Positions 23,455 to 34,849 of a DNA stretch of 44,786 nt are shown here, one piece after another (the stretch's first letter is position 1; every line of letters begins with the position of its first letter). Both the position numbers and the translations under genes were made by a program. The notes under the pieces are model-generated. The model was not told the DNA's origin and ran no database searches. It saw only the letters and a list, made by a program, of their open reading frames with translations. This DNA is from Octopus bimaculoides (lineage: Eukaryota), in assembly GCF_001194135.2 (NCBI RefSeq), contig NC_068987.1:42000571-42045356 (forward strand). Direction: 5' to 3'.

Positions 23455-23507
23455 GTCTTCTCTGACGAGTGATCAATAAACCATAAAATGCTTTGTCAAG
23501 AGACTCA
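23455..23507 (+). ncRNA. Decayed minimal hammerhead motif
   Basis: gtcttct CTGACGA gtg-atcaataaac-cat AAAA tgcttt GTC aagagac. The departures from canonical cGAAAc are CpG-type transitions. Confidence 0.4.
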
Positions 23508-23882
23508 CTCCCTCTTTTTTCTGCACATCAGCAACATAGAAGGAATGTGTTTGCATGTTTCTTTAATCCCCAGTGAGGCCACATAATACTTAAATTTTAG
23601 TTGTTCTGATTTACATTGTTATGTGTGCACACACACGTGTGTGTGGTTGTGAAGTGATGTTTGTTATTATTATTCACTGAGGTGAAGAGTTAAACTTTGC
23701 TTCAGTGCTATAGTAGGACATCATCTATTTAAGCATGAAATTGTTATGTTTGCATAGTTATTTACACAAATACCCACATCCAGATGGACTATCCTATCAA
23801 TAGTTAAACTCTCCACGTACATTCAATGTCAAAGAAATCTTAATATCAGGTTTACTGGACTGTCCAGAATCAACCCACTTAC

Positions 23883-24078
23883 TTTTAGCCTTATCCATAT
23901 TTTCCAGCAACTTCTTTTGTTCATTCATTTCAGCAGTCATCTTCTCCAGTTGTTCTTTCTGACTGGTCAACCTGGTTTTAGCACTCTGGAGGAGGTTCTT
24001 ATATCTATTCTGGGTAGTCTCCATCTCTTGGGTTTTAGTTTTCAGTTGAGTCTCATTTTCTTTTGACTCATTCAATTG
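23883..24078 (-). CDS. TPR: TPR coding exon 5 (phase 0 to 1)
   Basis: tccttcccccag|CAATTG...AAAA|gtaagt. Encodes QLNESKENETQLKTKTQEMETTQNRYKNLLQSAKTRLTSQKEQLEK..., a coiled coil. Confidence 0.9.
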
Positions 24079-24627
24079 CTGGGGGAAGGAGAAGGAAAAA
24101 AAATTACATGTCTATACTATAATAAAGAAAGCTGCTTATTTATTAGTTGGAATCATATAACTTATGCTAAAGGAAAGCAATCAACAAAGTCTAAAATATT
24201 TTAAAAACTTTCATACATTTTAGTTTTAATATAGTTTTTTAATCAAAATGAAGTTTTATTATTGAATATTCAAACACATGCTTCAGTCCCAAAGCTAACT
24301 TTCATTGTAATAGATTTCTCTCTCCATCGCTTACTCTTTGTCACTTTATTCAATTGTTTTCATCAGAATATCTTTAATCATTGTGGCATGCACATCCTCA
24401 CTCTTTCTCTACTGCTATATTCAATTATTTGTATTAAGAATAAGTGATTATAAAAATTTTCTTCAGCTACTTTGAGAATATGCATGTCTTTTCAATTGTT
24501 TCCATTAAAAATAAGTGATTATATATAAAGTTTTTCTTTGAGATATTTTGAGAATATTTGTGAAAATTTTTACACTATACCTATTTATCATATCAAAAAT
24601 ATATAGAAGATATATTTTGCTAGAGAC

Positions 24628-25298
24628 CAGTGGTTCCCAAACTTTTGGGGGTTGCTGCTCCTTGGCACTCAGGCTATATTCCTAGGCCACCACCTCACAG
24701 ATCTCTTTCTACTGCAAATTCAAAACAACTGTATTTCACAGTTTTTAAATATGAAAGAGTAAATTTACATCCCACCTGTAGCTACATTGTTTTCATATTT
24801 TTAATGTGATGGCTGTACATTGTACAGGGATATTAGCTATATGACATCAGACAGAGAGGTATTAAGACGTAGTCTTAGATTCTCATGTTCAGTAATTTTC
24901 AGTCTGTTTCTTTGCTTAGAAAGAATCTAGGCAACTGCACTGAAATTCCACTTTACAGAATATTATGTTGGAAAGGAAATAAAGTACATTTTGACTTTGT
25001 TCCATGGTGCAGGGTAGCTGTCAGAAATGTATTTTTGCAATTAAAAATCCTGACATGAATTTTTGAACTTTGGCCTCAGCTCACTGTTATTTTAAAGTGA
25101 AACCAGTTCTTCTGCCACTATTCTTGTTTCCTCGTTACTGATATCTAGGAAGTAACCAGACTGGTATTTTAAGCAAAAATAAATATCCTGAAATTTGTCA
25201 GATGTTTCTGCGTAGCTCATCCAGGTGTGAACACACTTGAGTGTCATGTTCTGATATATAATTTTTCTTCTCCAGTTCAGAAAGGTTTGGAAACTGGA
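24628..25298. mobile_element. Old hAT MITE, right end uncertain
   Basis: Left TIR cagtggttcccaaactttt. Only a decayed aaaggtttggaaactg is available as a possible right end. Confidence 0.35.
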
Positions 25299-25858
25299 AG
25301 AAATGACAACTTATGCTAAAGTGGAGAGGGCTGATTTTACTTTGATATGGTTTAACCTCAATTCCTTACAGTTGCAAATTAACTCCTACAACAATAAGCC
25401 ACAGTTAACATGGTAATTAGACTTGCTAGGAATAGCAACCAAATCTTTCTAAAAATGTACCTTACAATTTAAAAAGAAAAAAAAAAATGAAAAAGGTTGG
25501 AAATGTAGCTATGATAAAATTTCAGTAGGATATCCACTTCTAGCCAGCTAAAGCTGGTTGATTACTGAGACCGAATTATCTGAAAAATGTCATGGGGTGG
25601 GGGAAAGACTGTGATGGCCATGGATGAGATACTTTTGAACATAGATCTAGGGCAAAACAATAACCCCAACAACAATTCTGAACAGTTTCCATGCTAAACA
25701 AACCAACTACACATGTATTCCCCACTATAATTTGTTCAATAGGACAGCTGCTTGATGTGATCCTATATGTTAGTAACCGTACCATTATTTCAAGGGTGAA
25801 AGGTATGTCAAATAAACTCGTAAAAGAGCAATACAACAAAATGAATAAAAACAAAAAC

Positions 25859-26101
25859 CTGTTCCAATTTATTAATTTGTTCTTGGAATGAAGCCTTAAT
25901 TTCTTCAACTTCTTTCAATTTTCGCTCAGCTTCCTCTGTCTTTTTCTTCAACTGTTCCATAGCTTCATTAGTATCAGCTGTCATCTGGTCAGGTTTACTG
26001 GTATCTGCATTACTACTACTTAGGTGCATATCTCTCAGTTCGTTCAACTGCTTGGCAGTGTCTTCAGCTTGTTCTTTATACTTACGTCCAATTTTCTTCA
26101 G
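25859..26101 (-). CDS. TPR: TPR coding exon 4 (phase 0 to 0)
   Basis: ttaatcag|CTGAAG...GAACAG|gttttt. Starts LKKIGRKYKEQAE, matching the TPR hallmark QVKKIGRRYKTQYE; 81 codons. Confidence 0.93.
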
Positions 26102-26602
26102 CTGATTAAAATTAACAATATAGTTATTTACTACTTGGATTTACGCATACATACATATAACAGAATAACTTTAAATAGATGAAGTGAGGTTATCATAGAA
26201 GTTACTTCAGTTGATACTGTTTACAAAGACGAACTATATCTCAGTAGGATGTCTACTTCCAACCACCTAAAACCAATTACTGAGAGTTGATTATGTCTCT
26301 TTAGGACATACTTTTAGTAATCAACAACCAATCTTTTCAAATGCAAAACTACCCAGCCAAAGGTAGAGCAAAGTTATTTGTGAGATTGATTACAATTTGA
26401 TGGGCTGCAAACAATGACCTCACGAAAGAACACTATGTCATCTATCATCCAATACATTGTCCAATTTAATTCAATTTACTATCAATGTTCAGATACAGGG
26501 AAAAATCAGTGCAAATAATGATATTGATTAATTGAAAAAAGAGGAGCAAAGTAGATTTACTAATTTGCTCAGTAATTAGTAATTGGGATCAGTAAAATGT
26601 AC

Positions 26603-26702
26603 CTGAGATATTGTTTTGGCCTTATCCTCCAAGTCTTTCTCTTTCACTCCATTATCCTGGGCCATTTGCTCAATTTGGGTGTGTAGATTTTCAATTTCCA
26701 TG
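26603..26702 (-). CDS. TPR: TPR coding exon 3 (phase 2 to 0)
   Basis: aatattag|CATGG...TCTCAG|gtacat. Encodes MEIENLHTQIEQMAQDNGVKEKDLEDKAKTISQ (cf. TPR EKVKTITQ). Confidence 0.9.
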
Positions 26703-27616
26703 CTAATATTAAAAATAACAATTTAAAACCTGAATTACCTCAGGAAATATATGGCAAATTTACTAATTATGTATTTCATAAAAGTTCATACTTTCTGCTT
26801 CACCACAAATGATTAGCAACATTGCACAAATAGTGATTAGCTCTCTTACTTCATTTAAAAAAGAAATTGTGGTTGTGGTATTTCAAAAAGCTTAACTGAT
26901 CTTGAAAATATTCTTTTTTTAGAAGTAAATATGCCTTCCTTATATGAATTTCCACCAACTTTCAGTCTTGTGACTTGTGTCTTGCATTGGTGTCACTGTT
27001 TCCATAGATAAATTTTACATTTCATAATCACAAATTTTTTTTTTTACCCTATAGATTGGTGCATTTCCTGTCTCTCACATCCTGAGCCCACGTGTACAGC
27101 AGGTTCCATTTCTCCTGCATGTCATCTTTTTCTTCTATTATTGACTATGTTTCATATATATCTAATCATTAAATGTATCAGTATATACTTCTAGCAGTAT
27201 TAATAATAATTAAATACTACAAAATAAATTTATGAAGTTCATATAGTTATGAGTATGCTTCAATAGATTCTAATACAGTTTAAAACAGCTCAAATCCCAC
27301 CTCACTTTTCCTACCTCCAAAACCACCACCATTTTTGATTGAAACATGAATTTTTCTCCCCTAGCAACTCGTTACACACTTCACTCCTTCATTATGTATA
27401 AATCTGATACTGAGATGTATTCCCTTCTTCCACCATGTACTTGAATATATGTGGAGATGTTGAGTCGTATACATGTGTGTGCGTGTAGTTATGCAGTCAA
27501 GATGTATAAGTGTGCGTGTGCAGGTAAGTAATTCTTGATATGTACCCACCTTCTGCTCCCTTCTGGATAGCCTGAAACCATATCTTCTCACATCTTTGTT
27601 GTTGCTTGCACTAGAT

Positions 27617-30173
27617 CAGACATGTCAAACTCCTGGCCTCTGCAGCAATTTCATCTGGCCCGCAGGACCATTTTGATATCAGCATGAAATTGGTCCAAAT
27701 GGTGGCATCAGCAAATAGAGTACCTTGCTGCCCTCAGCAACATCTATGCCTTCTTGTTACAACTACACATACATAGTATGTGGCTAAAGCAGGCCATTAC
27801 ATTATATATAGCACTGACTGCATTACCTCTCTTACTAAAGGTGTCTCCAAGAGTAGCAATAATTTAATACACGACTAGAAACAACATCACTGTAACTATT
27901 ACACTCTGTACAAAAAAAACACATTAAAGAGGCATGATAACACAGTCACAAGTCTTAATTGTAACTGCAACAAAGCATGCTGGGAAACGCCTCCTTCGAT
28001 TCTCTGATTGCTTGTTGTATGATGACACAAAATCTACTAATCCCATAATGCACCGCAACAGCCACCTTACTGCTCTTTTGGGCGATAATTTTTACAAGAC
28101 GTCATTCAGTAGTAGTAGCTATCTATATCAATGGCCAAGAGAAAAGTCGATGCTGAAAACAGAGCCTTTCAAATCCAGTGGGAAACCGAATACATGTTTA
28201 CTGACATTGATGGCAAACCCATTGTCTTAATTGTGGTGCTGATGCTGCTGTACCTAAAAAGTATAATCTTAAATGCCACTACAAGATAAAACATCACGAC
28301 AAGTATAAATACCTCACTGCTGAGCAGAAGCAACAAAAGGTAGACAGAGTTGAAGAGGAATCTCACATTACAACAGACTTTTTTAAACAAAGTGAAATCA
28401 CAAAGTTAAGCTGCTGTTAAAGAAAGTTTTATAGTGGCAGAGGAGATCGCAAAATCAGCCCGGCCATTTACTGAAGGAGAGTTTGTGAATAGCTGCATGA
28501 TGAAAATGTGTGACATTTTGTGTCCAGACAAGAAGCGACTGAGTATTAGCAGAAATACAGTTGCTGATTTCAAAACACAGTTGATTGAAAAAGGAAAAGA
28601 TGTTGTTGCATACTCTCTTGCTGTGGATGAGACTACTGACATGACTGATATGGCACAGCTGGAGTGGATTCCAATTTACTCATCATGGAGGAAATTTTGG
28701 ACATTAAATCGATGCACGGGGCAACAACAGGAAAGGGCCTTTTTGAAAAAATATGTCATAGTGTAACCGACATGAAACTGCCTTGAGACAAACTTGTTGG
28801 GCACAGTGAAAACAATGGACTAGTGGATAGGATATGTTTAAAGATGCAACAAGAAAACTGTGTTGGTGAGCTGACAACATATCACTGCATCATACACCAG
28901 GAAACGCTGTGTGCTAAAGCCTAAAAAGTGGAACATATAACGAGCACTGTAATACAAACTGTAAACTTTATCCAAGCCAAAGGGTTAAATCACCACCAAT
29001 TTCAGTCTTTCCTGCAAGAAACGCATTCAGGGTTCGGTGATGTGCCTTATCTATGGAAAAGTCAGGAAAAGATCCCTCAATATAGTTTTTGATCTGGTTG
29101 AGGAGATATGTCGGCTCATGGGCAGTAAAGGAAAAGAATCTAAAGTTCTGCAGGATGAAAAGTGGAAATGTGAGTTGGCATTTCTGGTTGACATAACTTC
29201 GCATCTCAATGTTTTAAACATCCAGCTCCAGGGATGGGATCGCATGATCTGTGCTATGTATGATGCAGTGAAGGCATTTCAATTTAAACTGTGCTTATGA
29301 GAGATACAAATGCACCAATTGAACTTGTCTCATTTTCCCAGTTGCCAAGTAATGTTGAACCAAGTCAGTGCCACGGTGTTCCTAAAGCAATACTTTGATG
29401 ATAAATCGAGTGCGCTCCGCAATGAATTTGCACGGCACTATAGTAACTTTGAAGTGCAGAGAAATAATTTTGAGCTGCTTCGCAACCCATTTGCCCTCAA
29501 TGTGGAAACTGCACCTGTACAGATTCAAATGGAGCTGAGAGAACTGCAGTGAAATGGGACATTACAAGCAAAGTACGACTTTGTGGGGCCCACACAGTTC
29601 ACTTGTTTCATACCTGAAGCAATGCCCCAGTTCCATTTACATGCAACTCCAATATTGTCTTTGTTTGGAAGCACATATCTGTGCAAGCAGCTGTTCTCTG
29701 TGATGAAGATGAATAAAATGTCACATAATAGTCGTCTCACAGATGAACACCTGCAATCCATCCTCAGATTTTCAACAACACAGAACCTTGTCCCAAACAT
29801 CATCATTGTTGCCAAGAAAAAATGCCAAGTATGTAGCTTGGACAAAATTACATAAAGAAAATTGAAAGTTTTAATTTATAATTTTAATTTTCACTAAAAA
29901 GTAAATTTTTTATTTATATTTTCTTTTTATTTTGCAACATGTTCTTATTTAAAATTTTTACAATTATGATGGGAGATATTTTTATGCAAAGCAAAATATT
30001 CTAAGTAATTTAAGTTAAATTTATTTTTGGTATAAAATCATATACTATCTGTTTCAATACATGTTCATGTTCAAAAAGTTTTAGTCTGTCGAATAAATGT
30101 TTATTCTGTTTAGCCCGCGACCTAAAGCGTGCTTTGAGTTTGGCCCCCAGTGTGATTGAGTTTGACACCCCTG
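27617..30173 (+). mobile_element. Full-length hAT Charlie-group transposon (GTF2IRD2-like transposase), pseudogenised
   Basis: Perfect 8-bp TSD cactagat at both ends. TIRs cagacatgtcaaactc / gagtttgacacccctg. ORF remnant 28131-29855: MAKRKVDAENRAFQIQWETEYMF..., YSLAVDETTD, LFGSTYLCKQLFSVMK. Confidence 0.95.
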
Positions 30174-31158
30174 CACTAGATAATGTACAGGATTAAAAAA
30201 GTTATAATTCATTGATTAAATTAGCTGTGAACAAGAGCTTTCTGCCAGCTGGAAAGAGTTTGCACAGAACATCTTTTTAAGCTCCGACATTTCCCCAACT
30301 GTTTTCCCATGCTTCCTTCCAAATTCACAATTTCATGTCACTACAGTCAACGTCAGTATAATGAAAGGCAAGATCAGTGAAATTATTGTAATGCTGGAGC
30401 AGAGGCATGTAAATGCATGCTGTGTGCAAGAGGTAAGATGGAAATGAGCCTTAGCTAGATTTCTCATGAGTAAGGAAGAGAAGTTTAAATTATTTTTGGG
30501 TAGGTAGCAGTGACAGGATGGGTGATGTAAGCATACTTTTGGCAGAAAATGGGTAGATAAAATTAGATAAGGCAATTGAGGTAGTAAGAGTGTGTGATAG
30601 GGCAATTAAGTTGAGTTTAATCTTAGATAAATCAACAATTAAATTAATCTCTGCTCATGCTCCATATTTTGGGCTGGCAGATGATCAGAAGGACCAATTT
30701 TTCAAGGTTCTTTATGCAAATTACGTCAATGGCAAATGACAGTAACTTTATTGTTGTGGCTGGTAATTTCAGTGGACGTGATAGGCAGCACTCTAACAGA
30801 TTTCATGGGGTGCATGGAGGTTATGGCTTTGGGTATAGAAATGAGGAGGGGAAAAGGCTGCTTGTGTCCTGTAATGCAAATGATCTGATGATCTGCCACA
30901 GCATCTTCAGGAAACCAGCAGCTACTCAACCACCTACCAATTTGGAGGGCACACAAGATAGATGCTTATGAATGAAAAGTCTTTATCAGGTAATGAATGT
31001 ACAACACAACACAGGTTAATTAGTGACTTCAAAGTAAGAGTTAGAAGGGCTTAGAAAAACAAACCATTCTAGAAAAGGAAAATATGGAAACTCAAAGACC
31101 CAGCAAATAGTCTGAAATTTAGAAAAGTATTAGTTGAAGCTCTTGACAAGAAGTAGTA

Positions 31159-31436
31159 GTGAACTGTGTGGGCCCCACAAAGTTGTACTTAACTTTTAAT
31201 GTCCCATTACACTGCAGTTCTCTCAGCTCCATTTGAATCTGTACAGGTGCAGTTTCCACATTGAGAGCAAATGGATTGTGAAGCAGCTTGAAATAATTTT
31301 TCTGTGCTTCAAAGTCACTATAGCGCTGTGCGAGTTCAGTGTGGAGAGCACTCAATTTATCAGTGAAGTGTTGCTTTGGGAACACCATGGTGCTGAGATG
31401 TATAACATAGAGAACTTGAAGTTTGCAGGGAAAACC
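31159..31436 (-). mobile_element. Inverted internal fragment of the Charlie transposase (copy of about 29333-29602)
   Basis: Reverse complement aligns to the neighbouring element, including a 56-nt identical run. No TIRs. Confidence 0.9.
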
Positions 31437-31876
31437 TACTGAGGGCAACAGATCAACTCTGTGGCTGAGCCTTGTTCCAACCAGATTGAGGGTGACATGG
31501 TGGTGGTGACAGGTTTATATAGCAAAGGAAGGAACAGAAAGGGTGAGATCTGTAAATATTCTACAGCGTGAAGATCAGAGGAATAAAGTGTTCTGGATTG
31601 CAAGATGGTATATGAGAGAGAATTGAGAAGTTGGAGAGAAGTATGTATGGATAGATAATAGGGTGATTGTACAAAGCAATTCTGAAAAGAAAGAGGTATG
31701 GAAGTGCTGCAATGAAAGGTTATTGAGGAAAATGCACGAGAGTGTGTCTCTCCAACACAAGGACCAGGTGAGTCGATAGCCGTATGAAAGATTAAGGATA
31801 TGAAGACAGGGAAAGCCCTTGGTCCATCAGGAATTATTGTTGAGATGGAGTAGGACACAGCTAAGTTATTTATATA

Positions 31877-32047
31877 CGAGGGCTTTGGAGAACAGAAAAT
31901 ACAGGAGGATATTCCCTCTCAGATTCACACACTTTCTGCAGTGGTCCTTCAGTTTTTCTAAGCCCTGTAAAAGAACACAGAAAGTTGGGCCTCCAACCAG
32001 GCCTTTTGTGATACCCTTACAGCCAGGAACTTTTCAGCACCCCCTTG
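31877..32047 (-). mobile_element. Mariner-type MITE inserted in the RTE
   Basis: ta-cgaggg... left end and ...ttttcagcacccccttg-ta right end, with TA flanks. Confidence 0.6.
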
Positions 32048-34089
32048 TAATTAATCAGGCTATGCAAGAAGATATCACATACAATGACTGGTGTAGCAGC
32101 AGTTACAAAGGACAGAAGTAATTACAGAAGTATCAAATTGTTGGACCAGGTCATGAAATTAAGAAGGAGAATTATAGCCAAATTAATTAGGAACAGAATC
32201 CTGAGTAGAGGATATGCAGTTTGATTTTGTGACTGGGAGAAGTACTGCTGATGTTACCTTAGTAAGTACTTGGTATTCACTGACTTAGAAAGCCTTTGAA
32301 AAGAGTCCGTCACTCTGTGATCTGAGTCTATGAGGAAGATAAAAGCAGACAAAAGTCTTGTGAGAGTCATACAAACCATATACAGGGGAGCTGTCAGTAA
32401 GGTGAGGGTTAACCATAAGTACAGTGATGAATTTAGAGTGCAGGTGGGAGTTCCCCAGAGCTCTGTTCTTAGCCTCCTCCTACTCATCATTGTCCTCCAT
32501 AACAGAGGAATTTAACACTGGCTGCTTTGGGAACTACAATATGCTGATGATCTCATTCTCAGAACAGAATCTGTAATTGACTTAGGAAAGAAACTCCATA
32601 CAAAAGCAAAACCTGGAATCAAACCTCCTTAAAGTTAACTTAACTAAGCAAGAAAACAGACAGAAATTCCACACCTGTGCAAGCTATAGACGTACAAGTG
32701 CAGTGGAACAACAGGAAAGTTAACAGAGAAAGTAGTGTTTATATGTAAAAGATGCACAGGAGCCACTGACACTAAGGATACTGAGAAATATGTTTTCTTG
32801 AATGAATACTCTAGAGGTAGTAGATAGTTTCTGCTAATTGCGTGAGCTAATTAGCAGTGGAGAGGATGTTCTGGAAGTATAGTTGTTCAAATAAGAATGG
32901 AAAGAAAAGAGTTCAGAGACCTTTTACCTCTGTTGGCAACAAAAGGTCTTACTCTCCCTTAGAGTAAAAAGTAGATTGTATAATGCTTGTATATGAATAG
33001 CAATGCAATATGGTAGTGATATATGGGCACTGAATGCAGAGAACATGCAAAAACTGAGAGAAATGAAGCTACTATGGTCTGATGGATGTGCAGTTTCATT
33101 GTGCATGTGACAAAGTGCTGATATATTGAGAAAAACTAGACATCAAGGGAACCAGGTGTAGTGTGTAAGAGAAAAGACTATACTGGATAGGTCATATGAC
33201 GCATATGTATGAGGACAGATGTGTAAAGTGCACGTTGCTTAAAGTGGATGCAACTTGTGTAAGAGGGAGACCCAGAAAACCTGAGACAAAGTAGTGGAAG
33301 CTAATCACTGGATGCTGAACCTTATGGAAGGGACGAGATAATTGGTGATTAACTGTGCTTGAGGAGACCCATCCTTCTCAGCAAAAAATGTCCTAAAGTC
33401 ACTTTGGTTAGGTTTGTTCATGCAGGGCCTTGCCCTTCCCCTCTCTCTCTCTCTCTTTACCTAGTCAAGTATTCCCCAACAAATATCATCCTCTAACACC
33501 CATTACTCTTTTCTCTATGGCACTACTCTCATTATCATCTCTTCCAACTGATCACCACTTCCTGTCTTTACTTTCAGCTATCTCTCCCTCATATCTACTT
33601 TCATTCCCCACATTCTTTCACGTCTGCCTTCATGACCCACTCACTACAGCCACCCTTAAACCTCTTCACCATCTTACATCTTGAATGTCATCCCACTAGT
33701 ATTCTTCTTCCTGAACTACTATCTCTCTCTTCTTACACCATTTCCATACTGATATTTCCCAAACAGCACCTTTGTTCATCCCTCACTATATTTATCTCTA
33801 TCCGCATTTCTAACCATCTGCTACTCTTCCCTCACATCATCTTGTATCTTGAGATGCTCTGGTATCTAATCATCATCATCTCTATCTTCTTTCCAGCTAC
33901 TTCTACCCACTCCTATATAATGTGGAGTAACCATGTATCTTTTCTATAGCAAGACACGTGGGCTGTCCTGTTACACTTTTTAGCCCCTCAACATCAGGCA
34001 TAAATTCACTTTTCCCTTCTTAATATTCTTCCCTCCCACTTAAAGGGTTTTTTTCTTTTCCTTCTACTGTACTTTCTTGTTACCTGGCA

Positions 34090-34283
34090 AACCCACTTGT
34101 GTTGGTGACACAAAAAAAGCACCCAATACACACTGTAAAGTGGTGAGCATTAAAAAGGGCATCCAGTTGTAGAAACCATGCCAAAGCTGACACTGGAGCT
34201 ATATAGAGCTCTGTGGCCCACTGGATCCTGTGAAACAGTTCAAGCAATGCCAGCATGAAATAGATATGAAATGATGGTGATTA
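34090..34283 (+). mobile_element. Older RTE-tail or SINE-like repeat
   Basis: aagggcatccagttgtagaaacc...atgatggtgat, a diverged relative of 18760-18928. Confidence 0.5.
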
Positions 34284-34849
34284 TCTGTTTTCTTTCTATA
34301 ACAGTATAAACAAATATTTTTTTAACTAATTTAAAACATATCTGAAGCCAGCTGCCAAACTAATAACTAAAACCAATGCAATTTACTCAATTAAAAAATA
34401 GGCTATTTACAAATAACAATGGTTGTATTTCAATGACTATTAGCTCTTTTTGATACCAACTTGCCTAGGACTACCCCTAGTTCTAGGATACAAATTTCTT
34501 GTTTTAACCATTTAATATTTAATCCAGCTATATCCAGCCCAAATATTCTACCTCTCTTATGTTCAAACTGGCAATATCTTGCCTCTCACACCTACCTTAC
34601 AGTGTAATTTTGAAAGTATACAATCACATCATTGAAATCTTAAGGAGACAAGATGATAATTAATTAGTTGAAAACAATGTGAATGCTAATTGGTTAAAGT
34701 GACATACATTAAAAACTTCCATCAAAATTTAATTTTATCTATGTTCAAAACACCAATTTTTTTTACTAAATTCATTATTTTTAGAATTAAATGAAACAAA
34801 GGCTGTGTATTTGTTATGTCTTTGGGGGTTTTGAATATCTCATCACTAA

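Larger units (their letters stand above)
30330..33390 (+). mobile_element. Old RTE-clade LINE (endonuclease plus RT remnants) with internal insertions
   Basis: CVQEVRWK, HGGYGFGYRNEEGKRLL, GKALGPSGI, YADDL and RVQVGVPQSSVLS motifs across broken frames. Confidence 0.88.
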
